Below, one piece after another: positions 62,540-64,000 of a DNA stretch of 64,000 bases. Within the stretch, counting starts at the first letter, position 1. The number at the start of each line of letters is the position of its first letter. Below the pieces are notes generated by a model. It saw only the letters and a program-made list of their open reading frames with translations, was not told where the DNA came from and ran no database searches. Both the position numbers and the translations under genes were made by a program. This DNA comes from an uncultured Pseudomonadota bacterium (GTDB taxonomy: Bacteria > Pseudomonadota > Alphaproteobacteria > Rs-D84): contig CALABO010000014.1 of assembly GCA_937885575.1 (NCBI GenBank), positions 20,726-84,725 on the forward strand, written 5' to 3'.

Positions 62540-63796
62540 ATGACGGACGAAAAGAAAACAACGGAAAAAAAACAACAGTTTTGCAGTTTTTGTGGCAAGG
62601 CGGTTTACGAAGTAAAAAAGTTGGTCAGTGGTCGTAATGTCTGTATTTGCGATGAATGTATCGCACTGTGCAACGACATTATGGCGGACGACATGCGGAC
62701 CGAGGTTGCCAGGGACGCCGCAAAATTGCCAACGCCGTCACAAATCTATGATTTCCTTAATGAATACATTATCGGTCAAGATACGGCGAAACGGACATTG
62801 GCGGTCGCGGTGTATAATCATTACAAGCGGCATAATGTCACGCTTTCGTCCAATGTTGAAATACAAAAATCTAATGTTTTACTGATTGGGCCGACGGGGA
62901 CCGGGAAAACGTTGTTTGCGCAGACTTTGGCTCGCATTTTGGATGTGCCGTTTGCGATTGCCGATGCGACAACACTGACTGAGGCCGGATATGTTGGCGA
63001 AGATGTGGAAAACGTTCTGACGCAACTGTTGCACAATGCGAATTTCGATGTAGAAAAGGCGCAACGCGGAATTGTCTATATCGATGAAATTGATAAAATC
63101 GCGCGGAAATCCGAAAATCCGTCACTAACGCGGGATGTTTCGGGCGAAGGTGTGCAACAGGCGTTATTGAAATTGGTCGAAGGCACAATTGCAAATGTTC
63201 CCGCAAGTGGCGCGGGGCGCAAACACCCGGGCGAAGCGACCGTGCGTTTGGATACAAGCAAGATTTTGTTTATCTGTGGCGGTGCGTTCGATGGGCTTAA
63301 TCGTGTGATTGCAAATCGCAAGTGCGAACGCGCCGGAATCGGGTTTGGGGCGGACGTTTCGTCAAAGAAAGAACGCGATGCGAAAAACTATTTGTCCGAT
63401 GTGCAACCCGAAGATTTGGTAAAGTTTGGAATTATTCCAGAACTGGTCGGACGGTTGCCGGTTATTGCGACACTTTCGGAATTAGATGAAAATGCGTTGG
63501 TGCAAATACTTACCGAACCGAAAAATGCGATTGTAAAGCAATATACCGCGATGCTTGCCATGGATGATGTTAAACTTACCATAACGGATGATGGATTGCG
63601 GGAAATTGCAAAACTTGCGCTTGCGCGGAAAACGGGGGCGCGGGGTTTGCGTAGTATTTTGGAAAAGATTTTGTTGGAACCAATGTTTTATGCGCCGGAT
63701 AAGAAAGATTTAGCGGAAATTGTTATCGATAAAGATGTGGTTATCGGTAAAAAGGCACCAATTGAAATTATGCGTACCGCCAAAAAGGCCGCATAA
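62540..63796 (+). CDS. clpX: ATP-dependent Clp protease ATP-binding subunit ClpX
   Basis: Zinc finger CSFCGK...CICDECI. Walker [19 protein letters not shown]. Confidence 0.95.
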   Translation: MTDEKKTTEKKQQFCSFCGKAVYEVKKLVSGRNVCICDECIALCNDIMADDMRTEVARDAAKLPTPSQIYDFLNEYIIGQDTAKRTLAVAVYNHYKRHNVTLSSNVEIQKSNVLLIGPTGTGKTLFAQTLARILDVPFAIADATTLTEAGYVGEDVENVLTQLLHNANFDVEKAQRGIVYIDEIDKIARKSENPSLTRDVSGEGVQQALLKLVEGTIANVPASGAGRKHPGEATVRLDTSKILFICGGAFDGLNRVIANRKCERAGIGFGADVSSKKERDAKNYLSDVQPEDLVKFGIIPELVGRLPVIATLSELDENALVQILTEPKNAIVKQYTAMLAMDDVKLTITDDGLREIAKLALARKTGARGLRSILEKILLEPMFYAPDKKDLAEIVIDKDVVIGKKAPIEIMRTAKKAA

Positions 63797-63857
63797 AGTC
63801 GATAAGATTGTCGTAATAATATAACAATTTTCAGAGTCGCGTCACACCGCCGAAGGC

Positions 63858-63975
63858 GCGACACCTCCCGGTGTTTCACACCGTACTCCTCTGGCCAGAG
63901 GAGAATTTTGCTCTCGTTCTATCGCGGTCCAAGTTCCCCTCTGGCTAGAGGGGTGCCCGCAGGGCGGGGTGTCGC
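63858..63975. repeat. MITE-like element with GCGACACCTC / GGGGTGTCGC termini (compact copy)
   Basis: About 92% identical over 99 bp to 53101-53199. Contains the hairpins CTCCTCTGGCCAGAGGAG and GTTCCCCTCTGGCTAGAGGGGTG. Confidence 0.75.
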
Positions 63976-64000
63976 GTTCTGTAAAAATTTTTTCAGAAAT

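Overview
This is a 64-kb chromosomal window that appears to come from an alphaproteobacterium. The evidence is a CcrM-type methyltransferase, NrdR, and the order and content of the housekeeping genes. Ankyrin repeats, Pmp-like autotransporters and a proliferation of small palindromic repeats suggest a host-associated lineage, but that is inference. No database search was possible, so every product call rests on motifs I recognise in the supplied translations.

Core genes:
- A broken spc/alpha ribosomal cluster: rplO-secY-rpsM-rpsK on the + strand, with rpoA-rplQ inverted on the - strand 13 kb away.
- rpsF-rpsR-rplI, ccrM, nrdR, an SLT-type lytic transglycosylase, rnhB, pgk, recO, rnhA, tkt, tpiA, grpE, clpP, clpX.
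- PpiD-like, DsbA-like, DUF1015, choloylglycine-hydrolase-like, YgjP-like and YgiW-like genes, plus tRNA-Gln(CUG).

Accessory content:
1. An AT-rich integrative island of about 11 kb (5645-16628). It is bounded by a perfect 18-bp direct repeat that overlaps a tRNA-Asn-like 3' fragment. It carries a P4-type integrase, an AlpA/Xis-like gene and arm-type repeats. Its cargo looks like an uncharacterised defence set: a proteasome-beta/HslV-like Ntn hydrolase, an HNH endonuclease, and a tightly coupled operon of an NPPY N6-adenine methyltransferase, a half-methyltransferase ORF and a T5orf172(GIY-YIG-like)-SF2 helicase fusion.
2. Two clusters of Sec-signal, cysteine-rich paralogous proteins that share a CxxxFxxC[ML]xxxCGxD[FY]xxC-type module. 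One cluster is co-oriented with an orphan MotA/ExbB-like plus coiled-coil MotB/OmpA-like pair.
3. A signal-peptide ankyrin / degenerate subtilase-like / beta-barrel protein, and two tandem autotransporters with near-identical 3' ends.
4. Two pervasive intergenic repeat systems: (T/A)AGTG hexamer arrays that abut stop codons, and nested palindromic MITE/REP-like elements with GCGACACC termini.
5. A (CAAA)8 tetranucleotide tract inside the 5' end of an AT-rich orphan gene, which is a candidate phase-variation switch.
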